The notes under the pieces are model-generated. The model was given only the letters and a program-made list of their open reading frames with translations, searched no databases and was not told the DNA's origin. DNA of 64,000 nt. Origin: an uncultured Planctomycetales bacterium (lineage in GTDB: Bacteria; Planctomycetota; Planctomycetia; Pirellulales; S012-138). The position numbers and the translations under genes are program-made. Shown one piece after another: positions 1 to 12,642 of this stretch (position 1 is its first letter; each line of letters starts with the position of its first letter). The stretch spans positions 1,809-65,808 of the forward strand of contig CALBRZ010000046.1 of the NCBI GenBank assembly GCA_937927735.1, read 5' to 3'.

Positions 1-54
1 GTCGCCGTGATGGTCGTGGGTCGCGGCAGCTTCCGGTTCGACAATGCTCGCCAT
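1..54 (-). CDS. 5' end of an unidentified gene running off the window (possibly a further oxidase subunit)
   Basis: ATG at 54..52 (minus) opens MASIVEPEAAATHDHHGD with no stop before position 1. It lies about 106 nt downstream of ctaD in the same orientation. Identity cannot be determined from 18 codons. Confidence 0.25.
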   Translation of the reverse strand, partial: MASIVEPEAAATHDHHGD

Positions 55-160
55 GGATCCAGTCTCAAGCGGTGGTTTTCACTGGCAGACGCGGCGCGGG
101 TGCCAAGCGCTGCATGTTGGGATTGATCGATCAGTTGCCGGATGGTGCTCCCGCCCGCCG

Positions 161-1870
<1,710 letters not shown>

Positions 1871-1958
1871 GATTCTTCAGATCGCTTAGTGGGGGGCGAT
1901 GGAAATCGCGTGATTTTCAGGGGCAGGGGGGTAGGGCCATGGCCGCCCTGGGCCGCCG

Positions 1959-2933
1959 CTATTTGAGCGACTTGATGAACTCGATAATCGCCGAAATCTC
2001 GGCGTCCTTCAGTTGGCCGCGGTAGGTCGGCATCACCGGCCGGTAACCGGCACGCACCTTGGTCAGCGGCTCCAGAATCGATTCGCGGATGTAGTTCTCG
2101 TCGACCGTCACCGTGCTGCCGTCGGCCAGCGGCTGCTGCGTGCCGAAGATGCCACGGAAGCTGGGGCCCGTCTTGGACGTGCCGTCGATCGTGTGGCACT
2201 GGATGCAGCCGCGGCGTTCGTACAGCAGCTTGCCGGCTTCAGCCGGAGGCATCTTGTCGAGGAAGTTGCTGGCGTCTTCGAGCCAGGCTTCAAACTCGCC
2301 CGGCTCGTGCACGACGACGTTGGCCGTCATGTTGGAGTGCTCGGTGCCGCAGTACTCGGCGCAGTAAAGCCGGTAGGTACCCGGCCGGGTGGCTTCAAAC
2401 CAGGCCTTGGTATAGCGTTCGGGCACCAGGTCCATCTTCACCCGGAATGCCGGGATATACAGGCTGTGGATCACGTCTTCCGACGTCATCACCAGCCGCA
2501 CCGGCACGCCCATCGGCACGTGCAGGTTGTTCTCCACGTGGCCGTTGGGGTACTGGAAGGCCCAGTTCCACTTGCGGCCGGTCACGCGGATTTCATAGGC
2601 GTCATCGGGCGGGTTGCGCAGGTCCAGGTAGCCCAGCACACCTTCGACGAAGATCACCACCACCAGAATGATCGGGATGATCGACCAGGCGGCTTCCAGC
2701 AGCAGGTTGTGGTGCGCCGTCTTTTGGGCCTCGACGCCGTTCCGGCGACGGTACTTCACCACGAACAGCACCATCAGCCCGACGATCAACGCGAAGAAGA
2801 ACGCTGAGATCCAGAAAATCAGGCTGAACAGGCTGTCCACCATCGGCGCAACGGTGGAGCTGGGCGGCGACAAAAACAGCGAGCCGCCTTCGGACTGGGC
2901 AAACAGCATGGACGATGCCCAATTGCTGAACAT
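1959..2933 (-). CDS. ctaC: cytochrome c oxidase subunit II with fused C-terminal cytochrome c domain (caa3 type)
   Basis: Two N-terminal TM helices, CuA motif CAEYCGTEHSNM, and a C-terminal CIQCH heme-c binding site. Sits directly upstream of ctaD. Confidence 0.93.
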   Translation of the reverse strand: MFSNWASSMLFAQSEGGSLFLSPPSSTVAPMVDSLFSLIFWISAFFFALIVGLMVLFVVKYRRRNGVEAQKTAHHNLLLEAAWSIIPIILVVVIFVEGVLGYLDLRNPPDDAYEIRVTGRKWNWAFQYPNGHVENNLHVPMGVPVRLVMTSEDVIHSLYIPAFRVKMDLVPERYTKAWFEATRPGTYRLYCAEYCGTEHSNMTANVVVHEPGEFEAWLEDASNFLDKMPPAEAGKLLYERRGCIQCHTIDGTSKTGPSFRGIFGTQQPLADGSTVTVDENYIRESILEPLTKVRAGYRPVMPTYRGQLKDAEISAIIEFIKSLK

Positions 2934-2944
2934 GTTTTCGACTC

Positions 2945-3925
2945 TTAATTCTCTGGGAACCGGCCGGGCTGGTCACTGCGGCCGCTGGCTGGGGTTGGTT
3001 CGTGATCGGACAGTTCGGCGGAAGCGCTATCCGCGGCGTCGTTGGCGGGCTTTTGCGAGCGGCGCCACCAGTAGGGCACCAGCACGCCGCCCAGCACCAA
3101 CACCGTCAGCAGGCCGCCGACCTTCATCAAGTTGCGGGCCGTGGGGCCGTACCGCCCCTTGGTGGCGTCGTAGTGGAAGCAAAACAGCAGAACCTGGTCG
3201 AGCGTGCTGCCGATCTTGCCTTCAGCCGCCTCGACCAGCGACAACCGCAGCGTCTGAGGGTCGTAGTTCACGCCGTACAGATAGCGCGAGATGCGCCCTT
3301 CAGGCGTGCAGACCACCATCACCGCGGCATGGATGTATTCATCGCGATCCTTGTCGTAGCGGTATCCAAAGCCCACGGTCGAGGCCACGCGCTGGATGGC
3401 CTCCTGGTCGCCGACCAGGAAGTTCCACCCGTCGCCTGCCTCCGGCCGGCCGTACTGCTGCAGGTACTTCTGCTTCGTTTCGTTGGCCCGGGCGGGCGTC
3501 TCCCGCGGGTCGATGCTGATCGAAACAATCTTGTATTCCTGGCCCGCGGTCCATTGCCACTGGCTCACCGCTTCCACCAACCCGTTGAGCTGCACCCGGC
3601 ACAGCATCGGGCAATTGGAATAGTTGAGCGAGAGGATCACGGGCCGCTCGCCGTCGAACAACTGACCCAGGGTGATCGCCTGGCCCGAGTCGTTCACAAA
3701 CTGGGTATCCAGCGGCAACTGGGCGTCGAGGTGCTCCTCGACGGTCACTCCTTCCAGTTCCTTGGGCAGCGGTTCGATCCGCTGCGCGAGCGCCTGCGAT
3801 GCCCCGGCCTGCACGGCCAGCACAGCCGCGCACAGCGCCAGCATCGCCACTGCGCCGCGGTGGCAAGCACCGCCGCAGCGTACCCCCAGGAAACCACTCA
3901 GGATGGACTTACCGCGAATGGTCAT
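2945..3925 (-). CDS. SCO1/SenC family copper chaperone (thioredoxin-like)
   Basis: N-terminal signal/TM segment, CxxxC motif in LNYSNCPMLC, and a position between the ACIII and oxidase genes. Confidence 0.85.
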   Translation of the reverse strand: MTIRGKSILSGFLGVRCGGACHRGAVAMLALCAAVLAVQAGASQALAQRIEPLPKELEGVTVEEHLDAQLPLDTQFVNDSGQAITLGQLFDGERPVILSLNYSNCPMLCRVQLNGLVEAVSQWQWTAGQEYKIVSISIDPRETPARANETKQKYLQQYGRPEAGDGWNFLVGDQEAIQRVASTVGFGYRYDKDRDEYIHAAVMVVCTPEGRISRYLYGVNYDPQTLRLSLVEAAEGKIGSTLDQVLLFCFHYDATKGRYGPTARNLMKVGGLLTVLVLGGVLVPYWWRRSQKPANDAADSASAELSDHEPTPASGRSDQPGRFPEN

Positions 3926-4280
3926 GCTTCACGGGACCTTCGGTCACGCGGGGATAAGCCTGCTGCGATTCGGCAACCACAAGCTCCATCGCCCGCTCGA
4001 TCGGGATAGCCACCACGCCCTGGCTGCGATCGACCCAGCCGTACTGCGACAGTTTGGCGATCTGATGATGCAGCACGTCGTTCGCCTTGATGTCGGTCAC
4101 CGCGATTTCCTTGCGGAACGACTCCTGCGCGGCGTAGTACCCGTACAGCGCCTGGATCCCGACGATCAACGCGAACACGATCACGGCGCTGACAAAGCCG
4201 AACAGGGCCAGCTTGCCGGTTTCCAGGTCGTCGTAACGCGGGCGGTCCTCAGCAGCATGCGGCGTGGCAGTGGCACTCAT
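3909..4280 (-). CDS. small single-TM membrane protein associated with the ACIII/oxidase cluster
   Basis: 123 aa from ATG 4280 with one hydrophobic helix (LALFGFVSAVIVFALIVGIQALYGYY). Overlaps the SCO start by 17 nt. The 163-aa track version from 4400 would overlap the end of actF. Confidence 0.55.
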   Translation of the reverse strand: MSATATPHAAEDRPRYDDLETGKLALFGFVSAVIVFALIVGIQALYGYYAAQESFRKEIAVTDIKANDVLHHQIAKLSQYGWVDRSQGVVAIPIERAMELVVAESQQAYPRVTEGPVKHDHSR

Positions 4281-4353
4281 CGTCGTCAATACTCCTTGTA
4301 CCGTCGTGGCAATCGGCCAATTTCTGTCAAACGACGCGTCGAACGGATCTCGA

Positions 4354-5574
4354 TCAATAAGGCACGTGGAACGCCAGCGACTCGGGCAGCCGCGGGTCAT
4401 GCACGGGAATCAGGGCATGCTTGGCGGCCACCTTCGACCATGCAGCGACCAGCAAACCGCCAAACGCGGCCAAGCAGCCCAGCTCGGTCAAACCGATGCT
4501 CGGCGAAGGCAGCACCTCGGGCATGGCCACCCAGTACAGGTCCACCCAGTGCATCACCAGCAGCCAGGCGGCCCAGCCGGCCAGCAGCTTGGGTGTCCGC
4601 TTCACGTGGCGGGACATCAAGCCCAGGAACGGCACGAGAAAGTTGCCGAACAACAGCAGCAGCGACACCCACTGCCAGCCATTCTCCATACGCTTGAGAT
4701 ACCAGATGGTTTCTTCCGGGATGTTCGCGTACCAGATCAGCAGGAACTGGCTGAACGCGATGTAGGCCCAGAAGAAGGTGAATCCAAACAGCAGCTTGCC
4801 CAGGTCGTGGTAATGCTCCACGTTCACCGTGTGCGTCAGGCGGCCCGAAGCCTGCAGCGCCCGCGTCATCACGATCAGCAGCGCCAGGGCACCGACCACG
4901 CAGCCGGCAAAGTAGTACACGCCGAAGATCGTGCTGAACCAGTGCGGGCTCAGCGACATCAGCCAGTCGAACGAGGCGAAGGTGAGCGTGATGCCGAAGG
5001 CGAACATCGTCGGGGCGCTCACCGCCTGCATCCGCAGGGTCAGTTGCACGTCATCGGTCGCGTCCTGTTGGACCGAGCGGCTCCAGAAGAACCTGGCCAA
5101 GGCCACCCACACGCCCAGGTAAACCAGGGCGCGGATGGTGAAGAACGTGGCGTTCAGGTACGGCGCCTTGTGCTGGATCAGGTGATCGGTCGCTTGCGCT
5201 TCGGCGCTGGCCCAGGGGAACAGTTGGCCGCTGCCGGCGATCACCGACAGCACGATCGGCAGGGCCGTAACGGCCAAGGGCACCATCAGCACGGACACCG
5301 TTTCGGCCAGACGGCGAACCACGACGCCCCAACCGGTCCGCGTCAGGTGATACAGGGCCACCAGAAACAGGCAGCCCAGCACCAGGCTGACGAAGTAGCA
5401 GAACGTCGTCAGGTAAGCGAACTGCAGGCGCCGCCAGCCATCGGTATGGATCGCGGCACCGATCAGGGCCACAACCAGCCCACCGCCGCCCACGGCCGCG
5501 CCGTACCGCAGCAGCTTGTCCGCGGCGGAGCCCAGTTGCAGCTCGCTCGAGTTAGCTTGAATCGGATGGTTCAT
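4354..5574 (-). CDS. actF: Alternative Complex III subunit ActF (polytopic quinol-oxidoreductase membrane subunit)
   Basis: 406 aa with about 10 hydrophobic helices. Follows actD/E as in actABCDEF clusters. Confidence 0.8.
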   Translation of the reverse strand: MNHPIQANSSELQLGSAADKLLRYGAAVGGGGLVVALIGAAIHTDGWRRLQFAYLTTFCYFVSLVLGCLFLVALYHLTRTGWGVVVRRLAETVSVLMVPLAVTALPIVLSVIAGSGQLFPWASAEAQATDHLIQHKAPYLNATFFTIRALVYLGVWVALARFFWSRSVQQDATDDVQLTLRMQAVSAPTMFAFGITLTFASFDWLMSLSPHWFSTIFGVYYFAGCVVGALALLIVMTRALQASGRLTHTVNVEHYHDLGKLLFGFTFFWAYIAFSQFLLIWYANIPEETIWYLKRMENGWQWVSLLLLFGNFLVPFLGLMSRHVKRTPKLLAGWAAWLLVMHWVDLYWVAMPEVLPSPSIGLTELGCLAAFGGLLVAAWSKVAAKHALIPVHDPRLPESLAFHVPY

Positions 5575-5639
5575 CGTCGGGTTAGTAACTTACGGTGTGT
5601 TGAATTGCGGGTTTACCGGCCGGGTGATGCGGTCATGCC

Positions 5640-7046
5640 TCAGGGCAGGTCGCGCAGTTGCGGAACCAGATCCTCAGGTACGTCACCCACCGTGGCGTGG
5701 CGGCTGCGCTGGAGGGCTCGCACGTACAGCACGATCGCCCAGCGGTCTTCGGTCGTAATCTGCGATGCGTAGCCGGGCATCTTGCGGATGCCGTTGGTGA
5801 CCGTGTTGAACAGCTTGCCCACCGGCTGCTCACGCACCGGCGGCGAGTGCAGCGACGTGGGCGGCACCCAGGTGCTTTGCTGCAGTTCCATCGCCCGGCG
5901 AGCCACCAGACCATCGCCGTCGCCGGCCAGGCCGTGGCAGACCGCGCAGTAGATGTTGTAGCGCTGCCGACCACGCTCCATCAGTTCGCTGGTGACGGGC
6001 AGCGGGAACTGCGTCACCCAGTCGGGCTCGGGTTCTTCCATCGGATTGGCGCCCGGCTCAGCCTGTTGAGGCGGGGCGGCCGGAGCCTTATCGTCGCTGG
6101 CGGCGCTGCCTGCTGCGGACTCGTCGGAGGCTTTCTCTTCGGCAGCGCCGCCTTCGAACGAGGCAGGGCGGGCAGGAACCGGCTGCTCGCCGCCAGGCCG
6201 GATCCCGCGGTAATAGGCGTCATCTTCTTCCAAGTCACCCCAGGCCACGGTGCCTTCCACCTGCGGCCGGGCGGCGCGGCCATCGGAGAAGAACGGCGAC
6301 GGGTTCTGCGGCTTGGCCTGCGGCTGGAAGTCCATGTTGGGCACAATGTGTACGCGAGGCTCTTCCGAGTGCTCGTTCATCGCCTTGAGGACCATCAACG
6401 GCGGAACCATCGCCAGCGTGCCGAGGATGATCAGGCCATACTTCACCACCGTGGGCAGCGGACCCGCCGGTTCATCTTCGTGGATCTCGTGCACCCCCTG
6501 CACCTCGGTGGCATCGAGCAGCTTGGTCAGTTGCTCCGAGGTATCGCAGGCGGTTTGCCGCGGGATGTACAGGAAGAACGCATCGTCGGTCACGCGACGG
6601 AACTCCGGCTGACGGAACAGCGGGTTCCGCAACCGCGGCAGACCGTTGAACGCCAGCATCCCGAAAAATGCGGCAAACGCGGCGAGCAGAATCGTCAGTT
6701 CGAACGCCACCGGAATATTGGCCGGCAGGCTGAACAGCGGCTTGCCGCTGATCAGGAACGGATAGTCCACCGCATTAGTCCACCATTGCAGCAGAATGGC
6801 GATGATGGTCCCGCTCAGTCCGGCGCCCAGCACCAGCCACGGCAGCCGGGTGCGCCGCATGCCCACGGCCGCGTCCAGCCCGTGAATCGGGTAAGGGCTG
6901 AACGCGTCCAGGTCTTTCAAGCCGGCAGCGTTGGTCTTCTTGGCGGCATCCAGAAGCTGCTGCGCGTCGGCAAACTGCACCAGCCAGCCGGCGACGGGCT
7001 GCGTCTTGGGCTGTTTCGTGGTGAGCGGTTCAACGACGGTAGCCAT
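5640..7046 (-). CDS. actD: Alternative Complex III ActD-ActE fusion (DUF3341 membrane domain plus monoheme cytochrome c)
   Basis: N-terminal ActD/DUF3341-like region (FADAQQLLDAAKK...AFSPYPIHGLD, 2 TM helices). An Ala/Pro/Glu-rich linker follows, then a C-terminal CAVCH cytochrome c domain. Confidence 0.8.
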   Translation of the reverse strand: MATVVEPLTTKQPKTQPVAGWLVQFADAQQLLDAAKKTNAAGLKDLDAFSPYPIHGLDAAVGMRRTRLPWLVLGAGLSGTIIAILLQWWTNAVDYPFLISGKPLFSLPANIPVAFELTILLAAFAAFFGMLAFNGLPRLRNPLFRQPEFRRVTDDAFFLYIPRQTACDTSEQLTKLLDATEVQGVHEIHEDEPAGPLPTVVKYGLIILGTLAMVPPLMVLKAMNEHSEEPRVHIVPNMDFQPQAKPQNPSPFFSDGRAARPQVEGTVAWGDLEEDDAYYRGIRPGGEQPVPARPASFEGGAAEEKASDESAAGSAASDDKAPAAPPQQAEPGANPMEEPEPDWVTQFPLPVTSELMERGRQRYNIYCAVCHGLAGDGDGLVARRAMELQQSTWVPPTSLHSPPVREQPVGKLFNTVTNGIRKMPGYASQITTEDRWAIVLYVRALQRSRHATVGDVPEDLVPQLRDLP

Positions 7047-7130
7047 CGTTACGATTCCTTCGGTGCTTTATTTGGGAGTCGCCGGTTACGGCGTCTGTCG
7101 TCGGGTCAGCAGGGCCGGAGCAGGGGAGGA

Positions 7131-8528
<1,398 letters not shown>

Positions 8529-8587
8529 GGGTGGTGGTATCTACGAGGCTCGTTGTGCGAGTGATCTGCGGCTGTGCGGACAAATCC

Positions 8588-11500
8588 TCAAGCGTGGTGC
8601 GAACCGGCCGCGGCGGCTTCGCCGTCGATCAAGGCCGGGTGCGGGTTGCGGATCCGGGCCAAGTACCGCGTCCGCGGCTTGATGTTCAGCTCCTCGAGCA
8701 TGGCGTACGCCCGAGGATTGCGGTGCGCCTGGGCCACCTTCGATTCCGGACGGTTCAGGTCGCCAAACTCGATCGCCTTGGTGGCGCACGCCTGCTGGCA
8801 GGCGGTGACGATTTCTTCCGGCCCCAGCGGCCGACCTTCGCGACGGGCCGCAATCTTGGCGTTCTGGATCCGCTGCACGCAGTAGGTGCACTTCTCCATC
8901 ACGCCCCGCATGCGAACCGTGACTTCGGGGTTGAGCAGCAGCGACGTGAGGTCGTCGTTGGCCTGCTGGAGCCGCGGATCGTGGGCACGGAAGTCGAAGA
9001 AGTTGAACCGCCGCACCTTGTACGGGCAGTTGTTGGCGCAGTACCGCGTGCCGATGCAGCGGTTGTACGCCATGTCGTTGAGGCCTTCGTTGCTGTGCAC
9101 CGTGGCCGCCACCGGGCACACCTGCTCGCAGGGAGCGTTCTCGCAGTGGTGGCAGGTGACCGGCTGCGTGACGACCTGCGGCTCCTCGGTATCGCCGCTG
9201 AAGTAGCGGTCGATGCGGAGCCAGTGCATCTCGCGGCCCATCTCGACCTGTTCCTTGCCCACCACCGGCACGTTGTTTTCAGCCTGGCAGGCGACCATGC
9301 AGGCGTTGCAGCCCAGGCACTTGTTCAGGTCGATCGACATGCCCCAGGCCTGGCCTTCGTACGAGACCTCTTCCCAGAGCGAGAACAGCGGCGGGTGGTG
9401 ATGCTCCTGCGGCGGGAACGTCGCATGGTGCTCGCCGTGGCCATCACCGTGGTGAGCGTCATCGTGCTTGTGCGCGTCGTCGCTCTTGGCGGCCACCGGC
9501 ACCACGTTGGCCTCGTGGGCAATCGTGCCGGCCGGCACGGCCGCGGCGGCCTTCAAAGCCGGATGGTTCGGGTAATGCTCTTCGAGGAACCGGCGGTAAT
9601 CGTCGAAGGTGCCTTCGCGGACCAGTTGGCCGATGCGATGGCCAATGGCTTCCAGGCCAACCGTGTCGATTGCCTGGTGGTCCTGCGTGGTGGCCAGCGT
9701 CGCGGCACGCGTGCGAACCGCGGTGGCCTTGGCCTCGGGAGCAATGTACCAGGTGCTCCGGGTACGAAGCGGGGCGACGTTCACGCCCACCGTTTCGATC
9801 CCCAGCGCTTCGCTGCCGCCCACGTGACCGGCGGCGGTGCGGCCGTAACCGAGCACTAAACCGACGGTACCGCGAGCCATGCCCGGCAGCAGGTAGACCG
9901 GCACATCGACGCTGGCGCCGTTGAGCTCCACCCGCAGGTTCTGCCCCTGCGAAACTTTCAGCGCCGCGGCGGTCGCCGGACCAACCAGGGCAGCGTTCCC
10001 CCAGGTGACCTTGGTGAGCCGATCAGGCAATTCCTGGAGCCAGCTGAGATTGGCATAGCGGCCGTCGTACACGCTGTTGCTGCCCAGGAACACCACCTCG
10101 ACCTTGTCGGTGGCGATGTCGGCCTTGCGCCAGGCAGCACCGGAGTCGTCGGCCGGCACTTCCAATGAGGCCAGCGCTTCCAGCTTGACGTCGGCCGCGG
10201 CCGGACGGCTGTCTTCGGCAAAGCCGTCGTGCACGAGCCTCCGCCAGGCGCGATCCGAGGCGTTGCCTTGCCGGGCAGCCCAGGTGCGGCGAACCAGGTC
10301 GCGACCGCTGGTGCGCTCGTCGCCGATCAGCAGGGCCAGCAGCTCAATCTGCGACTTGCCGTCGAACAGCGGGTCGATCAGCGGCTGGGCCACCGAGTAG
10401 ATGCCCTGCTCGCTGAGGGCGTCGCCCCAGCTTTCCAGACCGTGAGCCTGCGGCAGATACCACTGGCATGCCTGGGCGGTTTCGTTCTCGTACAGGCCCA
10501 GGTAGGCCGAGCCTTTGATGTTGAGCACCACCTGGCCGAAGTTCAGTTCGGCGGGGGCGTCGTAGACCGGGTTGCCATCGAGCACCAGCAGCGTGCTGAT
10601 GTCGCCATTGCCGGCGGCGTCGGCCAGCTCTTCGATGGTGCCGGCCTGCGAGTCGACGTCGGCTTCCCAAAATTCGATCGTCTTGCCGATGTTGCCCAGG
10701 CGGCTGTTGATGCGGTGCGCCCGAGCGTGCACGTGCGCCGGCTGCTGCGGCCCCACGACCACCAGGCTCTCGCCGGCGTGCTCGACCAGGTCGGCGGCCA
10801 GCACATCGAGGAACCGTTCGCGGCGCGCCACCACGTCGCTGGCTTCCGGCATTGGTCCAGAGGGCAGGGCGGGCTTCTTGCCGTCCTTGGTTTCCTCAAG
10901 CAGCTTCTGCACGCGGGCTTCGAGCGAAGCCAGGAAGCTGTCGATCTGGCTGCTGGCCAGCGGCAAACGGTGATCGGCGGCCACGCCGGTGGTGCTGTAG
11001 TTGGCTTCCACGGCGTACAGCCGGTTCATGCGGCCGTTGTCGACATCGCGGCCAGCCACGTAGTCGCGGGCATACGTCACCGAACCGGGATGATTGCCCA
11101 GCGGGTCGGCGTCGAAGCAGGCAATCACCGCGGCCTTGTCCAAGAGCAGCCGCGGACGATACGGTTTGCCGAAGGCCTCGATGATGCCCAGTTGTTCGTT
11201 GCGGTTGTCGAGCGAGGTGTGCTCGAACCAGCGGGCTTGCGGGAACCGCTTCTCAAACTGCTTGCGCAACTGCAGCCGCGTGGGAGAGCTGGACGGCGTG
11301 GCGAGCACGGCCACACCGGCCCCGTCGTTGCCGGCCTGCTTGGCGAACCAGTCGATGAACTGTTCCCAAGTGCGGGTGTAGTCGGTGCCCACCTCGCGCT
11401 GCCGCACCCGGCTTCCGCGATCCGGGTCGTACAGCTCAAGCACGGCGGCTTGCGAGAAGGCGTCGGTACCGCCACGGCTGTCCGGATGGTTGGGGTTACC

Positions 11501-11845
11501 CTCCACCTTCAGCGGGCGGCCGTCCAGGCTCGTCACCAGCAGCGGCCGGGCACCGCCTGCCACTTCCAGCGTGGTGGCAAAACGCTGCGGGTTGCCCGGC
11601 GTGCGGTTGGCGGGCCGCTTGGCAAGCGGCACGATCGTTTCTTTTTCCCAGCGGCAGCCGGCCAGGGTGCCCAGCGCCAGCGACGCCCCCATCACCTGGA
11701 GCCACCGACGGCGCGAGATGCCGGTCGGAAACTCCGAGGCAGCCTGGGGGAATTCGCGGGCCAGAAACTCGCGGAACTGCGGCGTGTCGGCGAGTTCTTC
11801 GAGGCTCCGCCAGTAGTTGTTGTGTGGTCCGGTCGAAGGCTTCAT
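8588..11845 (-). CDS. actB: Alternative Complex III subunit ActB (molybdopterin-oxidoreductase-like domain fused to 4Fe-4S ferredoxin domain)
   Basis: Start reset to ATG 11845, which overlaps the actA TGA as ATGA. Tat-type signal SRRRWLQVMGASLALG. Cys clusters CLGCNACMVAC, CHHCENAPCEQVCP and CIGTRYCANNCP. The track start at 12067 would overlap actA by 225 nt. Confidence 0.9.
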   Translation of the reverse strand: MKPSTGPHNNYWRSLEELADTPQFREFLAREFPQAASEFPTGISRRRWLQVMGASLALGTLAGCRWEKETIVPLAKRPANRTPGNPQRFATTLEVAGGARPLLVTSLDGRPLKVEGNPNHPDSRGGTDAFSQAAVLELYDPDRGSRVRQREVGTDYTRTWEQFIDWFAKQAGNDGAGVAVLATPSSSPTRLQLRKQFEKRFPQARWFEHTSLDNRNEQLGIIEAFGKPYRPRLLLDKAAVIACFDADPLGNHPGSVTYARDYVAGRDVDNGRMNRLYAVEANYSTTGVAADHRLPLASSQIDSFLASLEARVQKLLEETKDGKKPALPSGPMPEASDVVARRERFLDVLAADLVEHAGESLVVVGPQQPAHVHARAHRINSRLGNIGKTIEFWEADVDSQAGTIEELADAAGNGDISTLLVLDGNPVYDAPAELNFGQVVLNIKGSAYLGLYENETAQACQWYLPQAHGLESWGDALSEQGIYSVAQPLIDPLFDGKSQIELLALLIGDERTSGRDLVRRTWAARQGNASDRAWRRLVHDGFAEDSRPAAADVKLEALASLEVPADDSGAAWRKADIATDKVEVVFLGSNSVYDGRYANLSWLQELPDRLTKVTWGNAALVGPATAAALKVSQGQNLRVELNGASVDVPVYLLPGMARGTVGLVLGYGRTAAGHVGGSEALGIETVGVNVAPLRTRSTWYIAPEAKATAVRTRAATLATTQDHQAIDTVGLEAIGHRIGQLVREGTFDDYRRFLEEHYPNHPALKAAAAVPAGTIAHEANVVPVAAKSDDAHKHDDAHHGDGHGEHHATFPPQEHHHPPLFSLWEEVSYEGQAWGMSIDLNKCLGCNACMVACQAENNVPVVGKEQVEMGREMHWLRIDRYFSGDTEEPQVVTQPVTCHHCENAPCEQVCPVAATVHSNEGLNDMAYNRCIGTRYCANNCPYKVRRFNFFDFRAHDPRLQQANDDLTSLLLNPEVTVRMRGVMEKCTYCVQRIQNAKIAARREGRPLGPEEIVTACQQACATKAIEFGDLNRPESKVAQAHRNPRAYAMLEELNIKPRTRYLARIRNPHPALIDGEAAAAGSHHA

Positions 11846-12642
11846 CGATGGCACGTCGAGCAGTTGGTCGATGTCTTGATGTTCAGTTGCTGATGCACTT
11901 CGCGGCCGACTTCCACCGGGTCGCGCTCGGGCACCCAATCCATTTGCGTGATGGCGTCCAGCGGCCGCAGATGCGGCGTGGGATCGCGGTGGCAGTCCAG
12001 GCACCAGGCCATCGACAACGGCTGAGCCTGGTACACCTGGTCCATGCGATCGACACGGCCGTGGCACGACACGCAGCCCACCCCGCGGTTGACGTGCGCG
12101 CTGTGATCGAAGTAAGCGAAGTCCGGCAAGTCATGGACACGAACCCAGGGGATCGACTTGCCGGTGGCCAGGCTCTCGCGCACCAGAGCCAGCCGAGGGC
12201 TGTCGGCCAGCACCGACGCGTACGGCACCGTGCCGTCGCCCTGCGTACCGCTGTGGCAGTTGCCGCAGGTTTGCGTGGGCGGAATGGCCGCGTGTGCCGA
12301 CCGCTCCACCGTGTTGTGGCAGTAGCGACAGTCGAGCCTGAGCTTGCCCGCGTGGGTCTTGTGGCTGAACGGCAACGGCTGCTTGGGCGAATAGCCCACG
12401 TTGACCGTCCGCGGCTCGGTGGCGATGTAGGCCACCGCCACGCCGTACAGCACCGTGACACCAACGACGCCGGCCAGGACCGCTACCACGCGGTTGGTCC
12501 AGCGGGGGAACTCCCAATTGGCGCCGGAGCCATCGTGACCATCACCGCTGCCGTGCAGCGCTGCGCCATTGCCGTCCGTTTCCGGCTGGGCAGGCACCGG
12601 CTGGCCGTGCGCAGGAGAAGAAGAATCGTGAGACGCAGCCAT
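11842..12642 (-). CDS. actA: Alternative Complex III subunit ActA (pentaheme cytochrome c)
   Basis: Five CxxCH motifs (CRYCH, CGNCH, CVSCH, CLDCH, CSTCH) and one N-terminal TM helix. First gene of the cluster. Confidence 0.9.
   Translation of the reverse strand: MAASHDSSSPAHGQPVPAQPETDGNGAALHGSGDGHDGSGANWEFPRWTNRVVAVLAGVVGVTVLYGVAVAYIATEPRTVNVGYSPKQPLPFSHKTHAGKLRLDCRYCHNTVERSAHAAIPPTQTCGNCHSGTQGDGTVPYASVLADSPRLALVRESLATGKSIPWVRVHDLPDFAYFDHSAHVNRGVGCVSCHGRVDRMDQVYQAQPLSMAWCLDCHRDPTPHLRPLDAITQMDWVPERDPVEVGREVHQQLNIKTSTNCSTCHR

Noticed and set aside
11846-12067. Upstream extension of actB to the track start at 12067
   Set aside because: It would overlap actA by 225 nt in another frame. The ATG at 11845 forms an ATGA overlap with the actA stop and is followed shortly by the Tat signal.
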